Positions 18,517-26,950 of a stretch of 64,000 nt of DNA are shown piece by piece; the first letter of the stretch is position 1; each line of letters begins with the position of its first letter. Source of the stretch: Desulfosoma sp. Its GTDB lineage: Bacteria > Desulfobacterota > Syntrophobacteria > Syntrophobacterales > DSM-9756. A program made the translations under genes and the position numbers. The stretch is from positions 176,944 to 240,943 of the forward strand of contig JBBFKW010000004.1 in NCBI GenBank assembly GCA_037481835.1, written 5' to 3'. Below the pieces are notes generated by a model. The model made no database searches. It was not told where the DNA came from and saw nothing but the letters and a program-made list of their open reading frames with translations.

Positions 18517-19397
18517 CTCCCGTTTTCCCCCCCCGAGTGTCCCTTGAGCGCGCCGTCCCTATCGGTTTCGGAATCCGCCCACAGTTCCAACTGCGGGCAC
18601 GCGGCGATGTCCCCGATGACCACCATCTGCCGATAGAACAGGCTCAGCCCTTCAAGGGCTTTCTCATCCAGGTCGAAGCGGAACGTTTGGTAGTAGCGCC
18701 GTAAACCATCCAGATCCAGGATCCCCAAGCGAGCGGCCTCCCGGCACAAGACGTCCAGGTGACGCGCCCCCCACGCCTTGGATTCCCACAGGCAGCGCAC
18801 CACCTCATGGACCCGCAGCGGCTCGTGGGCCGCCACATCCCGGCGCACGACCCATAGGGCAAACACGAAGGGAAGGCCCGTCCACCGATTCCACACTTCC
18901 GCCAAGTCCCACCGGTGAGGATACTCCGGATGGCGTCCCCACACCAAGGCCTCATCACCGATGGCGAGAAACGCCGTCGGGGAGGATCCGTTGGCAAGGG
19001 CCGTGCTGAGAGCCCCTCGGTGATAGCGCACCCCTTGCACGCGCCAGTACCGCTCCATCAGGACCTTCAGGAGCACCACAGAAGTGTCCGAATGGCTCGT
19101 GAGGAGGATGTCCTCCCCTTCGAGCGCCTCCATGGGTTTTTTGCTCAAAAGCAACACACTGTGCACCGGCCCGGCGCATGCGATGGCCAATCCGGGAACG
19201 ATTTTGAAGAGCTGCGGGTACCGTGCGTACATCACCGAAGAAACGGCGCTGATGTCCAAATCCCCGCGGCACACCATGGCGTTCAATTCCGATGGGCATC
19301 GAGCCGTGATGCGACACGGATTGCCCGTGAAACCGTGTTCCATGGCATAGTAGACAGGCCACACATTGAGGTAGTCGATTTTGCCGAGCTTCAGCAT
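18513..19397 (-). CDS. mqnA: Chorismate dehydratase (futalosine pathway)
   Basis: GKIDYLNVWP, SDTSVVLL, IGDEAL and WTGLPFVFALW. Confidence 0.9.
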   Translation of the reverse strand: MLKLGKIDYLNVWPVYYAMEHGFTGNPCRITARCPSELNAMVCRGDLDISAVSSVMYARYPQLFKIVPGLAIACAGPVHSVLLLSKKPMEALEGEDILLTSHSDTSVVLLKVLMERYWRVQGVRYHRGALSTALANGSSPTAFLAIGDEALVWGRHPEYPHRWDLAEVWNRWTGLPFVFALWVVRRDVAAHEPLRVHEVVRCLWESKAWGARHLDVLCREAARLGILDLDGLRRYYQTFRFDLDEKALEGLSLFYRQMVVIGDIAACPQLELWADSETDRDGALKGHSGGENGR

Positions 19398-20620
19398 GAC
19401 GTTTCTCCACGGATCCATGTCCCACGGCCCAAAGAGGCCTCTTGGATGATCGCTTCCGCCAGATCGTTTTCCGACGCCGGATGTCCTGAAACAGGGACGG
19501 CCAAGAAGGGCGTCCCGGCCCCGGGTCCCAGGACCCCCCAGGATCCTTCCAAACCGAGGGCGCGCGCGCCGCCAAGCGTCATCATGCGGAGCACCACCGC
19601 AGGTTCCAGCCCCGGGTACGCGTCCAAAACGGCGGCCGCTTCCCGAAAAAGATTCAGGTCTTCATTGCTGGCACGGCTGTCCGTGCCCAAGGCGCAGGGG
19701 ATCTTCCTGCGAATGGCCTCTTCTATCTTGGGCAAAGTCCCCTCAATCCACAGGTTGCTTCGAGGGCAAAAACACACGCAGGCGCCCCGCCGCGCCGTGA
19801 TGTCCCAATCTTCGGAATCGACGTGGACCATGTGGACGAGTAGGGTCTGAGGGTCGAGAACCCCTAAAGCCTCCAGAGTCCGGACGGGGGAAGTTCCGGA
19901 AGGGCGCCATGCATCGTCCCATCGGCCGAGAAAGGCCAGAAGGTCGCGGCAGAAACCCGTGCCGTCTCGCACGAATGTCGTTTCTTCTCGGTGTTCGGCC
20001 GCATGGATGGAAAAGGGCAAACCGCGGGTCCGTGTCCATTCCTTGGCCTGACGGATCACGTCCCACGATGTCCCGTAGAGCGAGTGGGCGGCAAGAGGCC
20101 AGGACATCGTCTCCACATCGTGGGCCGCAGGCAGAACCTCCTGGAGACTCTTGGCGCAAAATCCCAAAACCTCCACAAAGCGCCGCTCGTACGGAATACC
20201 GCGGGCCTCCTCCACTCCGTCCAGCGGCGCATTGATGACGTCGCCCAGCCAGATCGTTCCCGTTGCGGCGGCTTCGGCACGGCCCTTGCCGCGCGCGTCC
20301 CTGCGCTCAGCGGGGCTCTGGCCCCCCTTGGCCTCAAAAACCGAGAAAACCCAACGAGCGAAACCCGGCGGCTCCCCCGGCCTCGGAAAGGAAAGGCCGC
20401 TGAAATCCAAATGGATATGCGCGTTGATTGCTGCAGGTAAAAGGGCCGTTGCCTCGTGGTCCCAAAGGCGTGTCGCGCCGCCGCCGTAACGACTCACGAG
20501 GTCTGGGGCTTTCCCCACATCCACAATGTGATCCCCGCGCACCGCTACGGCACCGTCGGCAATGGCCGGGCCGATTCCGGGAAACACCCAAGGCGCCCGG
20601 TGGATGTGAACCGGTTCCAT
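19391..20620 (-). CDS. Amidohydrolase, probable aminodeoxyfutalosine deaminase
   Basis: NAHIHLD, HSLY, IHAAEH, LVHMVH, CPRSN and LGTDS; located between mqnC and mqnA. Confidence 0.8.
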   Translation of the reverse strand: MEPVHIHRAPWVFPGIGPAIADGAVAVRGDHIVDVGKAPDLVSRYGGGATRLWDHEATALLPAAINAHIHLDFSGLSFPRPGEPPGFARWVFSVFEAKGGQSPAERRDARGKGRAEAAATGTIWLGDVINAPLDGVEEARGIPYERRFVEVLGFCAKSLQEVLPAAHDVETMSWPLAAHSLYGTSWDVIRQAKEWTRTRGLPFSIHAAEHREETTFVRDGTGFCRDLLAFLGRWDDAWRPSGTSPVRTLEALGVLDPQTLLVHMVHVDSEDWDITARRGACVCFCPRSNLWIEGTLPKIEEAIRRKIPCALGTDSRASNEDLNLFREAAAVLDAYPGLEPAVVLRMMTLGGARALGLEGSWGVLGPGAGTPFLAVPVSGHPASENDLAEAIIQEASLGRGTWIRGETSC

Positions 20621-20630
20621 GGGGCCTGCT

Positions 20631-21704
20631 CTAAGAGCCTTCGATCCATTCATAGGCCATGGTCCGCTGCTTGGGCACGAACCCCGCGTCCTCGATGATT
20701 CGGCGAATTTCTTCCAGAGACAGCCGAAAATGCACCCCCGCCGCCGCCACCACGTTTTCTTCAATCATGGTGGACCCGAAATCGTTGGCGCCGAAAAAGA
20801 GGGCCGCCTGGGCCACCTTGGGGCCCATGGTGACCCAAGACGCTTGGATGTTGTCGAAATTGTCCAAGACGAGACGAGAGAGGGCCAGAAGGCGGAGGTA
20901 CCCCACGGCCGTTTCCGGACGTCTCTCAAGGGCCGTATGCCCCGGCTGGAAGGTCCACGGGATAAAGGCCGTAAAGCCGCCCGTTCGGTCCTGCAGGTCG
21001 CGCAACGCGAAAAGATGCGCCAGCCGGTCGTCCAAGGACTCTTCGTGGCCGAACATCATGGTGGCCGTCGTGCGCAGTCCCTGGCGATGCGCTTCTTCCA
21101 TGACACCGAGCCATTCGGCGGCCGAACACTTGTTGGGGGATACTTTGCGGCGGACCGCATCCACGAGGATTTCAGCCCCGCCACCGGGAATGGAATCCAA
21201 GCCGGCTTCCTTCAGGCGGGCGATGACCGCGGCCGTATCAAGCCTTTCGCGCCTGGCGAAGAAAACGATTTCCGGCGGGGAAAAGGCATGGATGTGCACG
21301 GGATAGCGATCCTTGATGAAGCGCAGCATGTCCTCGTAAAAACTCAAGGGGAGATCCGGGTGATGGCCTCCCTGAAGGAGGATTTGCGTGCCGCCCAGTA
21401 CCAGGGTTTCTTCGATTTTGCGGGCCAGGGCGCTTCTTTCGAGAACGTAGCCTTCGGGATGACCGGGAGGCCGATAAAAGGCGCAAAACCGACACCCACA
21501 AACACAGATGTTGGAATAGTTGATATTGCGGTCCACCACATAGGTGACCACGTCGTCCGGATGCTTTCTGCGCCGGATCGTATGGGCGGCGTATCCCAGC
21601 CAGTGGAAGTCGGCCTCGCGATAAATCCTTCGCGCCTCATCCCAGCTCACACGCCGTCCCTCGTTGAGGACCTCGTTGAAAAAGATCTCCTTCCCTTTTT
21701 CCAT
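20631..21704 (-). CDS. mqnC: Cyclic dehypoxanthinyl futalosine synthase (radical SAM)
   Basis: DRNINYSNICVCGCRFC, QILLQGG, PGGGAEIL, NIQASWVT and GSTMIEENVV. Confidence 0.93.
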   Translation of the reverse strand: MEKGKEIFFNEVLNEGRRVSWDEARRIYREADFHWLGYAAHTIRRRKHPDDVVTYVVDRNINYSNICVCGCRFCAFYRPPGHPEGYVLERSALARKIEETLVLGGTQILLQGGHHPDLPLSFYEDMLRFIKDRYPVHIHAFSPPEIVFFARRERLDTAAVIARLKEAGLDSIPGGGAEILVDAVRRKVSPNKCSAAEWLGVMEEAHRQGLRTTATMMFGHEESLDDRLAHLFALRDLQDRTGGFTAFIPWTFQPGHTALERRPETAVGYLRLLALSRLVLDNFDNIQASWVTMGPKVAQAALFFGANDFGSTMIEENVVAAAGVHFRLSLEEIRRIIEDAGFVPKQRTMAYEWIEGS

Positions 21705-21783
21705 CGTTTTCCTCTGAGCCATCCACGCCGTCCCGCCGATCCTCTTCTCCTCCTCGGCCGGATCGACCCGAAGGCTCTCTTTT

Positions 21784-22896
21784 TCAGCCCGCTTGGACCG
21801 ATGCCTGAGCGGCTTCGAAAAAGCAGTTTCGTTCCACGGGATGGAATCCCGCTTCCCGAATGAGATTTTCCAAGGCCTCCCGGGTGAGAAAATCTTCCGA
21901 TTCGGCTCCTGCCATGTGCCCGATCTTTTCTTCCACCACGGTGCCGTCCAGATCGTCTGCGCCGAAATGGAGCGCCACCTGGGCCAGTTTGACCCCAAGC
22001 ATGACCCAGTAGGCCTTGATGTGCGGGATGTTATCCAGCATGAGGCGCGAGACGGCGATGGTCTTCAGGATGTCGACACCGCTCGGCCCACGGGCGCCGT
22101 CCACTTCCGTGTTCAGCGGCTGGAACGGCAGCGGGATGAAACACACGAACCCTCCCGTTTCATCCTGAAGGCGGCGCAAAGCGTCCAGGTGCTCCAGTCG
22201 TTCCTCCAGGGTTTCCCTGTGGCCGAAAAGCATGGTGGCGTTGCTCTTGATTCCCAGTTCGTGGGCTTCCCGCATCACGCGCAGCCAGCCCTCGCCGTCC
22301 AACTTGTTCGGGCAAAGGAGCCGCCTCACCCGAGGACTGAAGACTTCCGCCCCCCCGCCGGGCAACATCTCCAAGCCCGCCGCCCGAAGCCTCAGGAGCA
22401 CCTCGCGGGTGGGGAGTCCCTCCAGGTGTGCGAAATGGGCGATTTCCACCGCCGTGAAGGCCTTGAGGTGCACCTGGGGCCGAACCCGCCGGATCGCCCG
22501 AAGCATCGCCTCAAAGGTTTCCAGGCGCAGCTCAGGGTGACAGCCTCCCACAATGTGAATTTCCGTGATGGGATCCTGAAAGCGTTCCTGGACCTTGGCC
22601 ACGACGTCCGAAACGGTGAGCTCGAACGATCCGGGTTCTCCCTTGCGGCGTCGAAAGGCACAAAAGAGGCACCCGTTCACGCACACGTTGGAATAGTTGA
22701 TGTGCTGGTTGACGACGTAAAAGGTCGTGCGCCCGTGCCGACGGAGCCGCACCTGATGGGCCAAAGCCCCCACGGCGACGAGATCCCGACACTGAAAAAG
22801 ACGCAGCCCGTCCTCCACGTCCAGGCGGTCCCCGGCAATGACCTTGTGGAAGATCCCATCAAGACCCAGGGACTTGTAAACCGCAGCCGGAATCAT
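21784..22896 (-). CDS. mqnE: Aminofutalosine synthase (radical SAM)
   Basis: HINYSNVCVNGCLFC, EIHIVGG, KAFTAVEI, HIKAYW and DGTVVEEKI. Confidence 0.93.
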   Translation of the reverse strand: MIPAAVYKSLGLDGIFHKVIAGDRLDVEDGLRLFQCRDLVAVGALAHQVRLRRHGRTTFYVVNQHINYSNVCVNGCLFCAFRRRKGEPGSFELTVSDVVAKVQERFQDPITEIHIVGGCHPELRLETFEAMLRAIRRVRPQVHLKAFTAVEIAHFAHLEGLPTREVLLRLRAAGLEMLPGGGAEVFSPRVRRLLCPNKLDGEGWLRVMREAHELGIKSNATMLFGHRETLEERLEHLDALRRLQDETGGFVCFIPLPFQPLNTEVDGARGPSGVDILKTIAVSRLMLDNIPHIKAYWVMLGVKLAQVALHFGADDLDGTVVEEKIGHMAGAESEDFLTREALENLIREAGFHPVERNCFFEAAQASVQAG

Positions 22897-23578
22897 CCTG
22901 TGCCCTTTCTGTTCGTTGGCTTTCGGCATGCCCAACGCTGTCGCCGGCCAATCCATTGTGCAAGACTTTGACAAATTCCCCTATCAGACGGTCCGTCACT
23001 TGGGGACTCCCTTCGTACAGGCCGGTGCCTCCATCCAGGAAGGAGACACAATGGGCCTGAAGGAATCGATCCATGACGGCGTCCAGGAAAAAGACAACGA
23101 AATCGGGATCCAGGTCCGAACGCACCTCGCCCCGGGCCATCCCCTTGAGCACCATGGGGCGCAGGTATTCGGCGGAAAAGAAACGCACCCGCTGGAGGAG
23201 TTCGGTCCTCAGGGGAAAATCTTCCTGAAAGAGCATCTTGAGATAAATGCGGTAGACGCGGGGATGCCGCCGGATGAAATCCACACCCGCCGCAAGGCTG
23301 CGGCGGATTTTTTCGTAAAAATCCTTTTCCGCCGTCTCTTCCTTGACCTGGGCCAAGCGCTTTCGCACCAAGGCGACGGCATGGTCGAAAATGAAAAGAA
23401 AGAGGCCTTCCTTGTTGCCGAAATACTGAAAGAGCGAGCCTTTGGAAATGCCCAGGGTTTGGGCCAAACGGTTGAGGCTCGCCTGCCGAAACCCATAGCG
23501 GGAAAATTCTTCCACGGCGCCTTCCAAAATCTTTTCCCGCTTGGGCTCCCTGAGCCTCATAAAGCGATCGATCCCCAT
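22859..23578 (-). CDS. TetR/AcrR-family transcriptional regulator
   Basis: ILEGAVEEFSRYGF...LGISKGSLFQYFGNKEGL HTH. Confidence 0.92.
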   Translation of the reverse strand: MGIDRFMRLREPKREKILEGAVEEFSRYGFRQASLNRLAQTLGISKGSLFQYFGNKEGLFLFIFDHAVALVRKRLAQVKEETAEKDFYEKIRRSLAAGVDFIRRHPRVYRIYLKMLFQEDFPLRTELLQRVRFFSAEYLRPMVLKGMARGEVRSDLDPDFVVFFLDAVMDRFLQAHCVSFLDGGTGLYEGSPQVTDRLIGEFVKVLHNGLAGDSVGHAESQRTERAQDDSGCGLQVPGS

Positions 23579-23610
23579 GGGTCCCTTTTCCTTCAATGGC
23601 CGGGCTATCG

Positions 23611-23656
23611 AAATGACCAGGTGGTCATTTTTATCGAACCCCCTGAACCTTGTCAA
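23611..23656 (-). promoter_or_regulatory. Promoter of the tetR-mqn operon with a palindromic operator
   Basis: AAATGACC-AGGT-GGTCATTT palindrome (23611-23630) overlapping the -10 of minus-strand TTGACA(23656-23651)-17bp-TAAAAA. Confidence 0.7.
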
Positions 23657-23724
23657 CCGATCCCTTGATGGCACACCCAGCTGCGGGTATAGAACGGGGA
23701 AAACGCCAACCGAGGAGGCACGGC

Positions 23725-25050
23725 ATGCGTCGACCCGTCATTCACGGGCCTCTTCCCGGCCCCAAGGCCCGGGAACTCACAGCCAAGGACCACCGGTACG
23801 TGTCCCCGTCCTACACGCGCGTCTATCCGCTGGTGGCGGAAAAGGGTCAAGGGGTGTGGGTGGAAGACGTGGACGGCAACGAATTCCTGGATTTTACGGC
23901 GGGCATCGCCGTGTGCGCCACGGGGCACTGTCATCCCCGGGTGGTGCGGGCCGTGCAGGATCAGGCGGAGCGGCTGCTGCACATGTCCGGAACGGATTTT
24001 TACTACACACCGCAGATCCGGTTGGCGGAAAAGCTCTCGTCCCTCGTCCCCGGAGACGACATCTACAAGGTCTATTTCGGCAATTCGGGGGCGGAGGCCG
24101 TGGAGGCGGCTTTTAAGCTCGCGCGCTGGCACACCCGACGGGAACTGAACATCGCCTTTTTCGGGGCTTTTCACGGCCGCACCATGGGCGCCCTGTCCCT
24201 GACGGCCAGCAAGACCATCCAAAAACGCCATTACAACCCCTTCGTACCCGGCATTACCCACATTCCGTACGCGTATTGCTACCGATGCCCCTACAATCTG
24301 GCCTACCCGTCCTGCGACGTGGAATGCGCCCGCTGGGTCGAAGAAACCCTGTTCCGCACCACTGTGCCGCCCGACGAAGTGGCGGCCATCTTCGTGGAAC
24401 CCATCCAAGGGGAAGGGGGCTACATCGTGCCGCCGCCGGAATTCCACAAGCGCCTCCAGGGCATCGCCCGAAAGTACGGCATTCTCTACGTGGCCGACGA
24501 GGTTCAGACGGGGATCGGCCGCACGGGAAAGATGTTCGCCATGGAGCATTTCGGCGTCGTACCGGACATCATCGCCTTGGCCAAAGGCATCGCTTCGGGG
24601 CTGCCCCTCGGGGCCATGATGGCCCCGGCCCGCATCATGGACTGGGAAGCGGGCTCCCACGCCTCCACCTTCGGCGGGAACCCCCTGTCCTGCCAAGCGG
24701 CCTTGGAAACCCTGGCCTTGGTGGAATCCGAGCTTATGGTCAACGCGGCCGCCATGGGGGATCGGCTCCTTGCGGGGCTACGGCGGCTCCAGCAGGAATG
24801 GGAATGCATGGGCGATGTGCGCGGCCTCGGCCTCATGGTCGGCGTGGAACTGGTCAGGGACCGGCACACCAAGGAACGGGCCACCGAGTGGCGAAACGCC
24901 CTCATCCAGGAGGCGTTTCAGCGGGGATTGCTGCTCCTCGGGTGCGGCGAAAACACCGTGCGGTTTTGTCCGGCCCTGAGCGTCAGCGCCGAGGAAGTGG
25001 ACTGCTGTTTGGACATCTTTTCCCAGGCCCTGGCCGCCCTGTTCCGGTAA
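23725..25050 (+). CDS. Class III PLP aminotransferase (4-aminobutyrate/acetylornithine-like)
   Basis: SGAEAVE, FHGRT, EPIQGEGG, DEVQTG and LAKGIASG; GAGGAGG RBS. Confidence 0.92.
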   Translation: MRRPVIHGPLPGPKARELTAKDHRYVSPSYTRVYPLVAEKGQGVWVEDVDGNEFLDFTAGIAVCATGHCHPRVVRAVQDQAERLLHMSGTDFYYTPQIRLAEKLSSLVPGDDIYKVYFGNSGAEAVEAAFKLARWHTRRELNIAFFGAFHGRTMGALSLTASKTIQKRHYNPFVPGITHIPYAYCYRCPYNLAYPSCDVECARWVEETLFRTTVPPDEVAAIFVEPIQGEGGYIVPPPEFHKRLQGIARKYGILYVADEVQTGIGRTGKMFAMEHFGVVPDIIALAKGIASGLPLGAMMAPARIMDWEAGSHASTFGGNPLSCQAALETLALVESELMVNAAAMGDRLLAGLRRLQQEWECMGDVRGLGLMVGVELVRDRHTKERATEWRNALIQEAFQRGLLLLGCGENTVRFCPALSVSAEEVDCCLDIFSQALAALFR

Positions 25051-25121
25051 AAGGCCGGATGAAGGCTCCGGTCACTTCGCGCCTTCTTTCACATCCCTGG
25101 GGGACCCGGCTTTGAAAAGGC

Positions 25122-25151
25122 TTGACCCTGGGAAAAGGCCGTTTCTATAAT
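25122..25151 (+). promoter_or_regulatory. Upstream sigma70 promoter of the dsr operon
   Basis: TTGACC-18bp-TATAAT. Confidence 0.5.
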
Positions 25152-25243
25152 CGCTCTGAGCCCTTGCGTCGCTGGATTTCAGATGTCCCTGGAGCGGGGT
25201 GAAGAGGGCGGCGCAAAAGCCTTTTGCTTTGGCTCTCAAAGGC

Positions 25244-25286
25244 TTGACACGTTTTTTTTGGCCATCTATAGTGAGATACTTCACAA
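25244..25286 (+). promoter_or_regulatory. Sigma70 promoter with an overlapping Rex operator
   Basis: TTGACA(25244-49)-17bp-TATAGT(25267-72). TAGTGAGATACTTCACAA (25269-25286) compares with the Rex consensus TTGTGAAnnnnTTCACAA. Confidence 0.78.
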
Positions 25287-25370
25287 GATAAGCGCCGACG
25301 CCCTCCTTTGTCCTTTTGACAGGGCGGGGTGGATGTCGGCCGAACCGGCCTCGGGCACAACGGTGAGATC

Positions 25371-25910
25371 ATGAGCCTCACGGAATACCTGCAGCGCAAC
25401 CAAAAACCGATCCTCAAAGAATGGTTCCAGGCGGTGGTGGAAACCTACCCGGAAGAAACCGCCAAGTTTCTCAAGAAAGAAAAAGACCCTTTCGCCAATC
25501 CCGTGGGCAGCTCCATCCTGGAAGGCATACAGGGCATTTACGCGCAGATCCTGGGGGGATTGGCGTCCGATGACGTCATGCCTTTTCTGGATCGCATCGT
25601 GCGGGTTCGGGCCGTTCAGGACTTCACCCCAGCCCAAGCGGTGTCTTTCATGTTTTCATTAAAAGACGTCGTGCGGTCCCAGATGGAAAAGGACGGTCTG
25701 TTGAGCCGCTACGCGGCCGATTTGGCGGGTTTTGACCGGACGGTGGATCGTGCGGCCTTGATGGCTTTCAACATTTACATGGAATGCCGCGAAAAAATCT
25801 ATCAACTGCGCGTCGACGAAATCAAGAACCGAACCGGGCGACTCCTGGAACGGGCCAATGCCATATGGGAGAGCCGCCGTGCGGAGGACGGCTCCCGGGA
25901 GGAATCATAA
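25371..25910 (+). CDS. RsbRD N-terminal domain protein (dsrM-associated)
   Basis: ILKEWF...YPEET...DPFANPVG...RVRAVQDFTPAQA; this is the typical gene directly upstream of dsrM in sulfate reducers. Confidence 0.8.
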   Translation: MSLTEYLQRNQKPILKEWFQAVVETYPEETAKFLKKEKDPFANPVGSSILEGIQGIYAQILGGLASDDVMPFLDRIVRVRAVQDFTPAQAVSFMFSLKDVVRSQMEKDGLLSRYAADLAGFDRTVDRAALMAFNIYMECREKIYQLRVDEIKNRTGRLLERANAIWESRRAEDGSREES

Positions 25911-25943
25911 AACTTTTATTAACCAAAACGAGGTGGGGTGGTT

Positions 25944-26948
25944 ATGAATGCATCACAATCCATGGTTTTTTCCCTTGTCGCCGTCGGGATCCTCGTGTGC
26001 CTCCCACTGATCGGCGTGACGGCCGGGATGACGTCCCTTTTCGGCGTGATCATCCCCTATGCGGCCGTCGTCGTGTTCTTCGTGGGGGTTGTGGCACGGG
26101 TGGTGCGATGGGCCCGGTCTCCGGTGCCGTTCCGCATCCCGACCACCTGCGGGCAGCAGAAGAGCTTTCCGTGGATCAAGGCGGACAATCTGGACAACCC
26201 CTCGGACACCAAAGGAGTGGCCCTGCGCATGATCCTCGAAGTGTTGCTCTTCCGGTCCCTCTTTCGCAACACGCGCCTGGAATTCTACGACGGCCCCAAG
26301 ATCCGTTACGCCTCCGCCAAGTGGTTGTGGCTCGGGGCCATCGTCTTTCATTACAGCTTCCTCGTCGTGTTCCTGAGGCACCTGCGCTTTTTCACCGAAC
26401 CGGTCACGCCTCTGGTCACCCTCTTGGAAAGCGTGGACGGCTTTCTCGAAGTGGGCCTGCCGAGGCTCTACATTTCCGGACTGGCCTTGCTGGCCGGCGT
26501 GACGTATCTTTTCCTTCGCCGGGTGACCATCCCGCAGCTCAAGTATATTTCCCTGCCGTCGGACTATTTCCCTCTGTTTCTCATCTTCGCCATCGCCGCC
26601 ACGGGCCTTCTCATGCGCTACATCTTCAAAGTGGACATCGTAGGCGTGAAAGAGCTCACCTTCGGCCTGGCCACCTTCCACCCCGTGGTTCCGGAAGGGA
26701 TCGGCGTCCTCTTTTATATCCACCTCTTCCTGGTCAGCGTGCTGTTCGCCTATTTCCCGTTCAGCAAGCTGGTGCACATGGCGGGAGTGTTCCTGAGCCC
26801 CACGCGGAATCTGCCCAACAACAGCCGCATGGTGCGTCACATCAATCCGTGGAACTACCCCGTCAAGGTTCATACCTACGAAGAATATGAAGACGAATTC
26901 AGGGAAAAGATGATCGAAGCTGGTCTCCCAGTGGAAAAGAAGGAGTAG
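25944..26948 (+). CDS. dsrM: DsrM membrane b-type cytochrome
   Basis: PFRIPTTCGQQKS, FHYSF, RHLRFF, YFPFSKLVH and NPWN. Confidence 0.96.
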   Translation: MNASQSMVFSLVAVGILVCLPLIGVTAGMTSLFGVIIPYAAVVVFFVGVVARVVRWARSPVPFRIPTTCGQQKSFPWIKADNLDNPSDTKGVALRMILEVLLFRSLFRNTRLEFYDGPKIRYASAKWLWLGAIVFHYSFLVVFLRHLRFFTEPVTPLVTLLESVDGFLEVGLPRLYISGLALLAGVTYLFLRRVTIPQLKYISLPSDYFPLFLIFAIAATGLLMRYIFKVDIVGVKELTFGLATFHPVVPEGIGVLFYIHLFLVSVLFAYFPFSKLVHMAGVFLSPTRNLPNNSRMVRHINPWNYPVKVHTYEEYEDEFREKMIEAGLPVEKKE

Positions 26949-26950
26949 AC

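Noticed and set aside
23668..23683. TGGCAC...CTGC sigma54-like element before the aminotransferase (and a similar TGGCAC near 7599)
   Set aside because: GG-to-GC spacing is not the required 10 nt; a sigma70 promoter fits better.
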